Assembly: GCA_040437565.1 (NCBI GenBank)
Contig: JBDOQK010000016.1
Location: forward strand, 496,001-560,000
DNA length: 64,000 nt
Reading direction: 5' to 3'
Origin: Albugo candida
Taxonomy: Eukaryota
Shown here: one piece after another, positions 52,076 through 64,000 of the stretch
Layout: each line of letters begins with the position of its first letter
How positions within the stretch are numbered: position 1 is the stretch's first letter
The notes under the pieces: generated by a model
Told to the model about the DNA's origin: nothing
The model's database searches: none
Seen by the model: the letters and a program-made list of their open reading frames with translations, nothing else
Made by a program: the position numbers and the translations under genes

Positions 52076-52981
52076 TTACAGAGAGTACCCATGAGCTGTT
52101 CCTGGCAAATCTTCCGATCCAGATGGAGCTTTGAAAGGCCCTTCATCGTATTGACGGAAAGAATTTTGTGCTTGCGGAGCTGGAGGTGCTTCCGATGGCG
52201 TTGGAATCGGCGGGGACGGATTGGTGGGAACTGGCGATGGAGAAGGACCGGAGGGAGCAGGTGGTGGGGGAGAGGGAACATTCGGAGGGCTTTTAGTAAT
52301 ATCCTTTCCGGGTGGAGGATTGGGTCCCTTTCCCGTCGAATCAGTAACCTGAGCTTCCCAGCATGTGCTATACGTGTCTTCTTTGCTGTTAAAACTCCAT
52401 AACCAGTGGAAGCTATAGGTACCAGGAGCGATATCTCTTTCTAGTTGGAAACACATTGTGCATAATGCTCTCTCCATATTTTCACAAAATCGCGGACAAT
52501 GCTGAAATCCGTTATAATCCACGGTACCATATTTATGCGCTCTATTCAAGTGATCATACGTTTTGGACACGCTTGCGTCGTCATACAGCGGATGACGGGT
52601 GATAATCACACCATAATCCGGCACATATGGAGTCGTACAAGTCGCAGCAACATGGTTTTTCGGTGGATACGCAAGACATACAAGCTGACCAGGCTTATAA
52701 ATTGCCATTTCGATCCCATTGTAATTATCATCGGCCTTGTTGCATTGACATCCATTGGCACTCCTATAATTGAATCCCGTATCAATTCCAAACCCCTCTC
52801 GAGCCTGACGCTGCCCACATCGCGGACGACCGTGACATTTGCCCGCATTCCAGACTTCTCCGTCGACCGATCCATTCTCAAATCGATAATCAGTGCATTC
52901 AATCCACGAATGCGATTGAGTAAAGTGTAAAAGATGGATACACAGGAAGACACCCAAACGTATCGAAGCATATCGACTCAT
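52076..52981 (-). CDS. Secreted Cys-rich protein with N-terminal His after the signal peptide (LPMO-like) and Pro-rich tail
   Basis: Signal peptide ...FTQS|HSWIECTDY, then PPKNH and GTYSFHWLW...YSTCWEA. Clear paralog of 55162-56088. Confidence 0.85.
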   Translation of the reverse strand: MSRYASIRLGVFLCIHLLHFTQSHSWIECTDYRFENGSVDGEVWNAGKCHGRPRCGQRQAREGFGIDTGFNYRSANGCQCNKADDNYNGIEMAIYKPGQLVCLAYPPKNHVAATCTTPYVPDYGVIITRHPLYDDASVSKTYDHLNRAHKYGTVDYNGFQHCPRFCENMERALCTMCFQLERDIAPGTYSFHWLWSFNSKEDTYSTCWEAQVTDSTGKGPNPPPGKDITKSPPNVPSPPPPAPSGPSPSPVPTNPSPPIPTPSEAPPAPQAQNSFRQYDEGPFKAPSGSEDLPGTAHGYSL

Positions 52982-53800
52982 TCTGTTCCAACAGAACTTA
53001 TCTTAGAATATCGCAAAATGGAAAATGTGGACTAGTGGCACAGCATAAAATGTGTCTTGCAAGGCCGTTGGAGAAAGAACATGAACGAAATACAACTCTG
53101 AAACGATCTGACTCAAACGTGACGAAAAAGTCTGATTTGTAATGGACAACAAGGGCAAGCCATTGGGTGATGTTTACTATTATCTATCTCACGTATACGC
53201 CTTCAAAGTTTAACACTAGAGAAAAGTATACAGATCACCGCATTGTAAGGTTGATTTCTTCCCTGCAGTGACTGAAAAGTGATCATCGTTCTTCAACCGC
53301 CCCCAATGCGGCTTCGAGGTAACTGATTCGAGTCTATCACGATCTATGAAGCATCCACGTCTTTTCTTTCGTCAGTATCGACATCCTGGCGTGTCACCCA
53401 CACCATTCGATTTTTTCCTCTGTTACGTAGTCAGTAGACTTACTGCGTGTATACAGCTGCATGAGAGCTAAGGACGATAGATATTTCACGGATGAATACG
53501 GACATAATTCGAAGAAAAGGGATGACCCTTTATCATCACTTCTTCATCGCATACTCACGTGCTGGGCACTTTGTGCGCAGAATCAGACTAAATCAATAAA
53601 TGTGAACACTACAAAATATCACCAAATTGCCAGCAGTTTCTGTAATCACATTTTAACTACGATTTTGTATGGAGTTGGCTCCAGATTTTTCTCGAGCTCA
53701 TGCAAAAGACTATTTCTAGCGCTATAAATTCCTATAAATTGTAGAAATCGTGTGACCCTGCTCGCAACTGACCTTTGCAATTGATAGCGAAGCGTGAGAT

Positions 53801-54884
53801 ATGACAGAAAGCGATTCAAATGAGTTACGAGAGAAAGTAAGTGATCGAATGGTTCAATTAAAAGTATTCATACAAAGCGTTTTAGTTGAATGAGATAACG
53901 AGACAGAACAGATATCTCCAATTAGAAAATGATCTTCTTGAGACTTATGCGGCGCGTTGTGAGGACAAGCTCGTTGATGGAACAGACGAAGGAAATGGAA
54001 AGGAAGAACAAGAGACCAAAGCTTCGCGACTGAGACGCGGTCGTGTGCAGGTGACGCTCACAATTGAGCAGAAAAGTAATATCTGTAATGCCGAATTGGA
54101 GGAAGCAAAAAAGCAAAGTAGCGATTTGAAAACCGCCTCGGAGCGATTGATTGACACTTTGCGTGCCGTATTGGAAGAAACAGATATTCGACTCGCTGAA
54201 TTGAGGAAAGATGCGTATGAGTTCAAACGTGACGTCGTCGTCGGGGCGGAGAATTTTCGCACCGGTAAAACGATTGCGGAGAAAATGACCCGGTACCTTG
54301 AGGAGAAACTGAGGCAAAAGGATACTGTGATTGAGAAATTACAGCTTAAGAACGCAGCCTTACAAAATAAGGCACGCACTATCGATACTCAGCTTCGTCG
54401 TAAGGAAGAAATGGGTGATGTTTTGCATTACATTGACTTCCATCAACTCCAAATTGAGAACAAGCAATACATTACAAAAGTCGGTGAAAGGAATGAAGAG
54501 CTACTCAAGCTGAAGCAAGCAAGCGGAATAACTGTGCAATTGTTGAATCAATTGAAAAAGAAATTACAAGACCTTGTTGAGGAGAGCGAGACAATCCGCT
54601 TGGATATTTGCTCACGCAAAGCATTGAATGGAAAGGTCACTGAAGATATTGTACATAACACACAACAGTGCGAAAAAGACATTGAAAAAGCGCAAAAACT
54701 ACAAAATCTGCAAAATGTAGACAATCAGGAAGATTCACCGCAGATTATGGATCATATTCTCCAAAGGGCAAAGATTTACGAATTTCGAACAGAAATCAAA
54801 GCGCTGGAGCGCAAAATAGAAATCGCGGAACGAGGTGTGAAATTGCAAAGGGTTCAGATGCAAAAGGTTGTAAAACTCGGATAA
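53801..54884 (+). CDS. CCDC113: Coiled-coil flagellar protein CCDC113-like (DUF4201)
   Basis: Exon 1 at 53801-53836 and intron 53837-53885. Motifs AYEFKRDVV, IEKLQLKN and EEMGDVLHYIDFHQLQIENKQY. Confidence 0.8.
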
Positions 54885-55161
54885 AACTGCTTTTTGGATA
54901 AGGAAAACGTTAATACTTCCGATCAAAAGTAAATAAAAAAGCTCCTAAATTAGCATATCGTGTATGAAAAATGGAACCATCTGATTCTGGTGGTGATTCA
55001 TAACGGCATGCGATGGTGCTTGGGCTCAGCAAAACACGTTCATCCGACTCGAGATATCGCGAAACCGCTTACAACGGCACTGGAAAGGTTTCGCAACTGC
55101 AAGTTGTCTCACTTTATCTTACAGACTCTCAATTCACAAATTCTCTAATTCACAACACGTG

Positions 55162-56088
55162 ATGAAAACGATCAACTTTCGTATCATTGGTCTTGCATTC
55201 GCTTGTCTTGACCTCGTGCGTCCAACAGTGTCTCATTCGTGGCTTGAGTGTACTGATTATCGATTCCAAAGCGGATCAAAGGATGAGACTGTGTGGAACA
55301 AGAACAATTGCTTTGGTCATGCGCGATGTGGCGCTCGTCAAGCTTCTGCTGGCTTTGGAGTCGACACAGGGTTTAATTTCCATAGCGGTCAAGGATGTCA
55401 ATGCAGTGAAGGACCCGATAATTATAAAGGCGCAATAATGGCCAAGTATTCTCCGGGTCAGCTTGTTTGTTTGGCTTATCCGCCGAAAACTCACGTCGCA
55501 GCGCCCTGTACGAATCCGTTTATACCTGATGCAGGAGTACAGATCACGCGCTCGGCATTATACAATGACGGTGTGGTAGCAGCATCGTACTCCCATTTGA
55601 ATGGAGTTCACGAAAAAGGTGTCGTCGATTTCAAAGGCTTTCAGAATTGTCCAAGATTTTGTGAGGATATCCAAGGAGCTTTGTGCACAATGTGTTTCCA
55701 GTTGGAGAATAATATCACACCCGGAAAGTATACTTTTCATTGGATTTGGTCATTCAACTCGTTGGAGGATCAGTATTCGGCTTGTTGGGAAGCAGAAATT
55801 GGCGAGCCCGGTTCAGTGACAGTTGCAGGGACGGCTCCATCCAATGTGTCGGCAACCATTGAAGCATCTCCAGCAGTTGTTCCCGTCGATACAAATGCGA
55901 CAGCCGTTATCCCAATTCAAATGCAAGTCAATAGCTCCGCACCTTCTCCTTCTTCCACAGGGAGTGTCACTGTGCAATCACTTCCCTCGCCAACAGCAGT
56001 CTCTAATCAATCGGAAACTCCAATTTGCCGAATCGATCCATCGACTGTGCCTGGCCACGAAGCAAGCGCAGGTGGAAATTCTTATTGA
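55162..56088 (+). CDS. Secreted Cys-rich LPMO-like protein, paralog 2, with Ser/Thr/Pro-rich tail
   Basis: Signal peptide ...PTVS|HSWLECTDY, then PPKTH and GKYTFHWIW...YSACWEA. Confidence 0.85.
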   Translation: MKTINFRIIGLAFACLDLVRPTVSHSWLECTDYRFQSGSKDETVWNKNNCFGHARCGARQASAGFGVDTGFNFHSGQGCQCSEGPDNYKGAIMAKYSPGQLVCLAYPPKTHVAAPCTNPFIPDAGVQITRSALYNDGVVAASYSHLNGVHEKGVVDFKGFQNCPRFCEDIQGALCTMCFQLENNITPGKYTFHWIWSFNSLEDQYSACWEAEIGEPGSVTVAGTAPSNVSATIEASPAVVPVDTNATAVIPIQMQVNSSAPSPSSTGSVTVQSLPSPTAVSNQSETPICRIDPSTVPGHEASAGGNSY

Positions 56089-56248
56089 ATGTAAGAGGGC
56101 GCAAGTATCAGAATTGCTACACGTCGATTGCATTTGTAGTTTTAAATGTCGCTGTATTGATTAATCAAGTAATTCAATCCTTTCCGAGCAGTTTTCTAAA
56201 CGATTTCATCACTGAGAGCTTTGGTAAATTATCGCGCTACAAATCGCA

Positions 56249-57327
56249 TCAGTTAGGATGCATTCTCAGTACACAGTCAAACACTCCAACCTCGGGACTT
56301 TTCATTGCTTCAGCCTTTTGACGCAAATTGATCCATTGCCGTCGTCCCAAAGTACATTTTTGCATTGTTTCTTGAAGGCGAAAACACGGGAATAATAACA
56401 GCGGGAGTCGAGTGTTTAACGCTTTAAACTCTTTGTAATCGAGGATTCCATCATTGCTAAAGCGCTTGTAAAGCAGAGTGCTCGATTCTTCACAGAGTGA
56501 GATAAAACGTACCGATCAAATACACTAAAAACGTTTTTCATGTTGCCCGGGAAAAGTGAGCCATTGGGATTGACCAAAGCAGTTAGAGGCTGACACTCTC
56601 TGCATCGAATAAAACCTGATCGTTCAGTATCAAATATATTGAAAGCGACTGCATCATTTTGTTGAGAAACGAGAAAACAACTCCAATCATTCGCTTACAC
56701 TGTAACATTTCTTCGCGACTAAATGTGCAAAAAAGTATCATCGCGTGCACAAATTCTTCCAAATCGATCTGAAGAGCTCATAAGCGTTATGACAAATCAC
56801 AGAAAGAGAACGAACGAACCGTTCCGTCATTATTCATTTCAATCATTTCAAATAAGCGCTCCGAGAAAACTGTCTTTGGTTCTTGCAAAAAGTCATAAAA
56901 TTCCCAGTAATCGATCGAACCGCTTCCGCTGTTATTCTCAGTGTAAGCTTTCAGTATGGAATGCAGCAAACAATCGAAAACGCACTCAAAATCGATTTTG
57001 TCAAAACACTTTTTCAGCTTTTTGAGTTCCCGCTGGCTCACTGAATAGAGACTTTATATTCCCACAATACAAATCGTAATTCGTAGGAATACCTCGCATC
57101 CGCATGGCAATTGAAGCAGTTTGTGTGCGAGACAGAACGATATTTGGATCATTTTTGGTGTATAATGGCGTGCTATCAATTTTCTTGAATGATTTTGGTC
57201 TTAAAAATGGCATAATTTTTTTCTTTCCCGTTACAGAAATCCTTGGAAGCGTGGTAGTAGAGTCTTTACGCGAAGGCGTATACATATTTCTTCGAGTCAG
57301 ACCGCTCGGTACATGAGAGAAAGCCAT
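56249..57327 (-). CDS. EF-hand calcium-binding protein, multi-exon
   Basis: FDKID..GSGSIDYWEF, EMNNDG, FAFNIFD and DGILDYKEF...FPCFRLQETMQ, spread across short introns. Confidence 0.65.
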
Positions 57328-57593
57328 TTTCTTCTTTGCTGACCCGATCGTGTCTTTTGTAAACGCCTCCACGCTAGAAATAGCTGAGAACAAAAATGGA
57401 TCAAAGCACTCGGATAACGATCTGTCGTCGTCCCAAATTGTCCAAAATCAAAAAACTGAGTATCACGTGGCACTCAGTTGTCCAGCTTTTGTCNNNNNNN
57501 NNNNNNNNNNNNNNNNNNNNNNNNNNNNNNNNNNNNNNNNNNNNNNNNNNNNNNNNNNNNNNNNNNNNNNNNNNNNNNNNNNNNNNNNNNNNN

Positions 57594-58366
57594 AAATGTG
57601 CAAAAAAGTATCATCGCGTGCACAAATTCTTCCAAATCGATCTGAAGAGCTCATAAGCGTTATGACAAATCACAGAAAGAGAACGAACGAACCGTTCCGT
57701 CATTATTCATTTCAATCATTTCAAATAAGCGCTCCGAGAAAACTGTCTTTGGTTCTTGCAAAAAGTCATAAAATTCCCAGTAATCGATCGAACCGCTTCC
57801 GCTGTTATTCTCAGTGTAAGCTTTCAGTATGGAATGCAGCAAACAATCGAAAACGCACTCAAAATCGATTTTGTCAAAACACTTTTTCAGCTTTTTGAGT
57901 TCCCGCTGGCTCACTGAATAGAGACTTTATATTCCCACAATACAAATCGTAATTCGTAGGAATACCTCGCATCCGCATGGCAATTGAAGCAGTTTGTGTG
58001 CGAGACAGAACGATATTTGGATCATTTTTGGTGTATAATGGCGTGCTATCAATTTTCTTGAATGATTTTGGTCTTAAAAATGGCATAATTTTTTTCTTTC
58101 CCGTTACAGAAATCCTTGGAAGCGTGGTAGTAGAGTCTTTACGCGAAGGCGTATACATATTTCTTCGAGTCAGACCGCTCGGTACATGAGAGAAAGCCAT
58201 TTTCTTCTTTGCTGACCCGATCGTGTCTTTTGTAAACGCCTCCACGCTAGAAATAGCTGAGAACAAAAATGGATCAAAGCACTCGGATAACGATCTGTCG
58301 TCGTCCCAAATTGTCCAAAATCAAAAAACTGAGTATCACGTGGCACTCAGTTGTCCAGCTTTTGTC
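57594..58366. repeat. Exact duplicate of 56721-57493 across a gap (assembly overlap)
   Basis: Identical sequence and ORFs on both sides of gap 57494-57593. Confidence 0.9.
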
Positions 58367-58482
58367 GCTTGTAGTGATTTAAATGTAACAAACTTGAGAC
58401 CACAGGGTCGATGAAAGGAATAGCAGGGAATCGAGCAAATGCATCGGCTAACAAGGACATTCACTACGACAATCAAATATTT

Positions 58483-60578
58483 TTATGATGACATCGTACC
58501 TGTTTCGGGGTCATACTTTTCCACATTGAATAACGGGCAACGAGGGCAATTGGTATTCCAACAACCTTCAGCGACGCTCTGACGGAATACAACAGATCAA
58601 TTTCGAACGAAATAATATCACAAATGTACATACTTCGATCTCATAGCCGCAAATCTCGCATTGTGGGACTACATTCAAATCTGTGATTGTTGTGTCGATT
58701 GCATCGTTCTCTCCATTTAACGCCGAGTATAGATTGAGTTGAGCTTGCCACTCGACCAAATTTGGTCGTTTTTTGAATCGTTCGCATCTCCGTAATACGA
58801 ATCGTTTAACAAGCTCTTGGAATGCTAAATAACGTCCGGGTGTAGTGCCCATTAACGTCATTCCACGAGGTACAATAAGTCGTTCTTTTGTTTTTCCATT
58901 TTGACGGCTGCGTGGAAGAGATCGGGCAGAATTACTTTCTTTTGAAGGCTCTTCATCGACAAGTCGAAGATCTCTTTTTTTGAATGTCTTGAGTATGCGA
59001 GAACTTCCAATTTCGACTGTGCATGTTTCTCGATCTCCTTTTCTGACATACCCAAAGCTTTTGCGATTTGGTAATAGAACTTTTCGGCCAATCCAAGAGA
59101 TTCCATAACTTCCTCTCGTGGTAGAACGTGGCGTTCGTTTATTGCTTAGATTGTCATCATCTTGCGAATCTTCTACTAAACCACTGTCCTCCACTTCAGT
59201 GCGATTCTCATCTTCATCGTCATCTCCTAATCTACTTCTCTCCTCGTCATCGTCGTCTTGAGATCGATCAAGCTCATTTTCTGCTCTACTTTTGGCGTGT
59301 AATTCCTCGATGACATTGATATTCTCCAGCAGGGTCAATTCATATGCGCGCTTTGCAGTGTTCTCATTGGAATTTTCAAGCCGTAATTGAACCCAACCAT
59401 TCCCAGAGCGCAACACTCGACCTCGAGAGCCTTTAAATTTTCCAACATTTATCCGACATTTTCGATCGACCCACATTTCCGGATCCAGTGACGATAACAG
59501 ACACGACTCATCTACGTCAGAGTCCTTTTCCGAAGAGTGAGCACTACAACCAGAAAGGCCTACTCAAATCACATACCTTGTCACTGGATTCGCCGTTATC
59601 GTCATGTGTACTTTCATATCCTGCTTTTATCGAGTCTTGTTGGTGACCACACGGTCGCAAATGCCGCTTTTTAATCGCAATGATTGGATTCTTTGATTCA
59701 AGAACACGGATTTTACAGGTTCCCGATAGCCTCTGCGGTCGTCCAATATCAAAAATAAGTCAATTACGCAAAGAAGATTCGTCACCAACCTCTAAAACGA
59801 TCCCATACTTTCCATTATATTTCTTCAAATCACGTTCTCGTCGTGACAGGTTTCGAAGCTGGATTCTTACGCGAGCATCGACATCGAGCTTCTCATCTTC
59901 ATCCTCAACTTCAGCATCATTTTCTGTCTCTTGCCTGCGTGCTGAGAGATCTCCATTTTCTGCTCTTTCGTCTTCCTGGCTGAGTTCATTCGATGAAAAT
60001 TCTTTGCTCTGACTGGAAAACATTTGAAACTCTGTCTGATTGTTCACCTCTATAGAATCACGTCAATACAAAGATCCCAATAGAGCGCTCCTACCTTTGT
60101 GATTCTCATACTCGGAACTCTCGTATCCGGAGAGCACTTTCAGAGCTGAAGGACGATATTTATATACATCTCCATCGTTTATCCGTACTTTGAACCACGT
60201 ATTTGGATGCTGTGGTACTTCCTCAATTGTCCCAATTTTATGAATTGTATGAGGAACACGTTGTTCGACGTCTGAGGTTTTTATTATACGCACTAAAGTG
60301 CCTCTTTCGAGCGCATTTTGAGGCTCAGGATCTGTGCTATACATTGTAGCGGTTCGATACCGCGATTTGGTTCCATCTTCGTCTTTGCGAGCATCAAATC
60401 GTTCATCTTCGATTTCCATATTTTCTTCCTCTTCTTCATTTTCAGTATCCCTTTCTGTGACACCTTTTTTCTTTTTCAATTTTGAGTCACTTTTGAGCGT
60501 GTTTGAAGGTTTTCGCATCGAAGAACGTGTGTTTTGTGAGCCTTTACGACGCGGACGCGTTTCAGCAGCCGACAGCAT
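58483..60578 (-). CDS. Uncharacterised multi-exon protein with several KOW/SH3-like modules, acidic linkers and a C-terminal Cys cluster
   Basis: GTLVRIIKT...IGTIEEV...WFKVRI, RVRIQ...YNGKYGIVLEV, WVDRKCRINVGKFKGSRGRVLRSGNGWVQL and CEIC...CWNTNCPRC. Confidence 0.6.
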
Positions 60579-60695
60579 CGCGACTGTCGGAAATGGTTAA
60601 GATATGGACGTCACGAATGTCGCTATAATGCTGTCGGTAATGTCGAAAACACCAAGCTTAGAAGCGTCAACTCGGATTAAGTATCCGACATTTAA

Positions 60696-61710
<1,015 letters not shown>

Positions 61711-61799
61711 TTCTGTAGTGATTGTATCAAACTTAACAAATATGAAAACTGATATCTAACACGATATCATTAAACGCCGCCGTTCAGTTTTTTACTGTG

Positions 61800-64000
61800 A
61801 TGGATGTGATCCTTGCGATTCGCAATTATCTCGAGAAGATAATCAATGACACGCACTTGGCTGGGATGAAGGCTCTATTGCTAGACACAGAAACGACTAC
61901 GATTGTCAGTATGGTTATGTCTCAATCGCATATCCTCCAACACGAAGTTTTTCTGGTCGAATTACTACAGGCGACTCAATTACACGATGAAATGCTGCAT
62001 CTGAAAGCCGCAGTTTTACTTCGACCAACTTTTGAAAACGTCGAACTACTGAAAAAGGAATTAAAGAATCCAAAATTCTCTCAATATCACATTTTCTTTA
62101 CGAATAATTTGCCTATAGAATTCCTCGAACAAATAGCGGAAGCAGATGAAAAAGAGGCTGTCATTGAGATACAAGAACATTATGCGGATTACTTGGCAGT
62201 GAGCGATACATTATTCCATTTGAATATTAAGGAATCGCTTGCATCGAGTATGAAATATGCGAGCCCTACAACTGCTGGAATCGTGAATTCCAGTGGAGGC
62301 GCACGATCCAATGCTGTTTTTGATAGAAATGTACAGGGTTTATTAGCTGTGTTGTTGTCACTGAAGAAAAGACCAACCATTCGATACCAAAAAGGGTCCG
62401 ATAGCGCTGAGAAATTGGCACGAGAAGTTTCTGCTAAAATCCAGCTTGAGCAAAGCGGATTATTCGACTTTAGACGACCTGAAGTTCAGCCGCTATTGTA
62501 TGTGCTGGATCGTCGGGATGATCCAATCACTCCTTTATTATCACAATGGTCGTATCAGGCAATGGTACACGAACTTCTGACTTTATCGGAAAACCGCGTC
62601 GATTTGAAGAATGTTCCCGGCATACGAAAAGACATGAAAGAAGTGGTTTTGTCAGCAACTTGTGATCCATTTTTTGAGAAACAAATGTACTCAAATTTTG
62701 GCGACTTGGGAATGGCTGTCAAAAAATTAGTGGACGAGTATCAAGCAAAGACACAGACTCATGAAAACATTCAGTCTATTGAAGATATGCAGAGATTTGT
62801 TGAGAATTATCCTGCCTTCCGATCTCAATCAGTTGCTGTATCAAAACACGTCACTTTGATGGGGGAATTGGCTCGACTCGTGGGAACAGATAATCTGATG
62901 GATGTAAGTCAACTGGAGCAAGAATTAGCATGTTCGGATGATCATAATAATCATTTCCGAGAAGTAGTGGCCAAATTGAAACATTCACATATCAAACCAC
63001 AAAACAAATTGCGACTTGCCATCCTCTATGCATTACGTTATGAAACAAACAGCTCCGTGCAAATCAAAGTTGTAAAAGATCTACTTGCTTCTTCGGGTCT
63101 ATCTCCTCGGAGCATAAAACTCATCGATTCGTTTTTGAAATATGGTGGAGCAAACGTCCGGTCTGGTGATCTATTCGGTGATCGGGGTCTCAAGAAATTC
63201 ATGCGCGCAATGACACAAGGTCTACAGGGAGTACCAAATGTCTACGCACAGCATGTGCCTCCTTTGATACGTTGTTTGGAATCGATAGTCAAAGGCCAAC
63301 TTCTCGATAATGAGTTTGGGATTGTGAATGGAAATGTGGTCCCTGGCATAAAAAAAGTTCGAGATGTNNNNNNNNNNNNNNNNNNNNNNNNNNNNNNNNN
63401 NNNNNNNNNNNNNNNNNNNNNNNNNNNNNNNNNNNNNNNNNNNNNNNNNNNNNNNNNNNNNNNNNNNCAAGAATTAGCATGTTCGGATGATCATAATAAT
63501 CATTTCCGAGAAGTAGTGGCCAAATTGAAACATTCACATATCAAACCACAAAACAAATTGCGACTTGCCATCCTCTATGCATTACGTTATGAAACAAACA
63601 GCTCCGTGCAAATCAAAGTTGTAAAAGATCTACTTGCTTCTTCGGGTCTATCTCCTCGGAGCATAAAACTCATCGATTCGTTTTTGAAATATGGTGGAGC
63701 AAACGTCCGGTCTGGTGATCTATTCGGTGATCGGGGTCTCAAGAAATTCATGCGCGCAATGACACAAGGTCTACAGGGAGTACCAAATGTCTACGCACAG
63801 CATGTGCCTCCTTTGATACGTTGTTTGGAATCGATAGTCAAAGGCCAACTTCTCGATAATGAGTTTGGGATTGTGAATGGAAATGTGGTCCCTGGCATAA
63901 AAAAAGTTCGAGATGTGATTGTTTACATCTGTGGGGGTGTCACATTCGAAGAAGCCCATAAGGTGGCTGAATTGAATCAGAAAATTCAAAGTTCGGGTCA
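61800..64000 (+). CDS. VPS45: Vps45 Sec1/Munc18 family protein (runs off the window; absent from the ORF track); 63468-63907 duplicates 62919-63367
   Basis: MDVILAIRNY...GMKALLLD, LDRRDDPITPLLSQWSYQAMVHEL, NFGDLG, VSKHVTLMGEL, LAILYALRYE, NVYAQHVP and GGVTFEEA. Confidence 0.93.
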   Translation, partial: MDVILAIRNYLEKIINDTHLAGMKALLLDTETTTIVSMVMSQSHILQHEVFLVELLQATQLHDEMLHLKAAVLLRPTFENVELLKKELKNPKFSQYHIFFTNNLPIEFLEQIAEADEKEAVIEIQEHYADYLAVSDTLFHLNIKESLASSMKYASPTTAGIVNSSGGARSNAVFDRNVQGLLAVLLSLKKRPTIRYQKGSDSAEKLAREVSAKIQLEQSGLFDFRRPEVQPLLYVLDRRDDPITPLLSQWSYQAMVHELLTLSENRVDLKNVPGIRKDMKEVVLSATCDPFFEKQMYSNFGDLGMAVKKLVDEYQAKTQTHENIQSIEDMQRFVENYPAFRSQSVAVSKHVTLMGELARLVGTDNLMDVSQLEQELACSDDHNNHFREVVAKLKHSHIKPQNKLRLAILYALRYETNSSVQIKVVKDLLASSGLSPRSIKLIDSFLKYGGANVRSGDLFGDRGLKKFMRAMTQGLQGVPNVYAQHVPPLIRCLESIVKGQLLDNEFGIVNGNVVPGIKKVRDXXXXXXXXXXXXXXXXXXXXXXXXXXXXXXXXXXQELACSDDHNNHFREVVAKLKHSHIKPQNKLRLAILYALRYETNSSVQIKVVKDLLASSGLSPRSIKLIDSFLKYGGANVRSGDLFGDRGLKKFMRAMTQGLQGVPNVYAQHVPPLIRCLESIVKGQLLDNEFGIVNGNVVPGIKKVRDVIVYICGGVTFEEAHKVAELNQKIQSSG

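Noticed and set aside
56721-58366. Tandem duplication of the EF-hand gene
   Set aside because: Identical 773-bp copies abut a 100-N gap, so this is an unmerged contig overlap.
62919-63907. Internal repeat in Vps45
   Set aside because: Exact overlap flanking a 100-N gap.

Overview
Eukaryotic, gene-dense draft scaffold from an oomycete, most plausibly Albugo (inferred from short ~50-65 bp GT-AG introns, tiny intergenic spaces, a flagellar gene and CHxC-like effector remnants). It has twelve 100-N scaffold gaps, several flanked by exact assembly overlaps. The core-like blocks hold SDA1, an amino-acid transporter, an SLC45/SUT-like sugar transporter, ATP-citrate lyase, RFC1, acetyl-CoA carboxylase, a GPAT, PP1, CCDC113, an EF-hand protein, a KOW-like protein, Rab6 and Vps45. 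The accessory block (~4.4-29 kb) is a mosaic of diverged inverted duplications and pseudogenes (CTC1-like gene plus decayed copy, sphingomyelinase-like gene copies, V-ATPase D pseudogene, CHxC/CCG-like relic) and a hAT-derived BED-finger gene. Top leads: (1) two paralogous secreted proteins with an LPMO-style N-terminal histidine that do not resemble the oomycete AA17 sequences I know; (2) a ~2.2 kb two-copy insertion bounded by a 28-bp direct repeat and carrying a coiled-coil ORF plus a 46-bp hairpin tandem array; (3) an ACL-ACC-GPAT lipogenesis cluster with a TGACGTCA motif upstream of both ACL and ACC.
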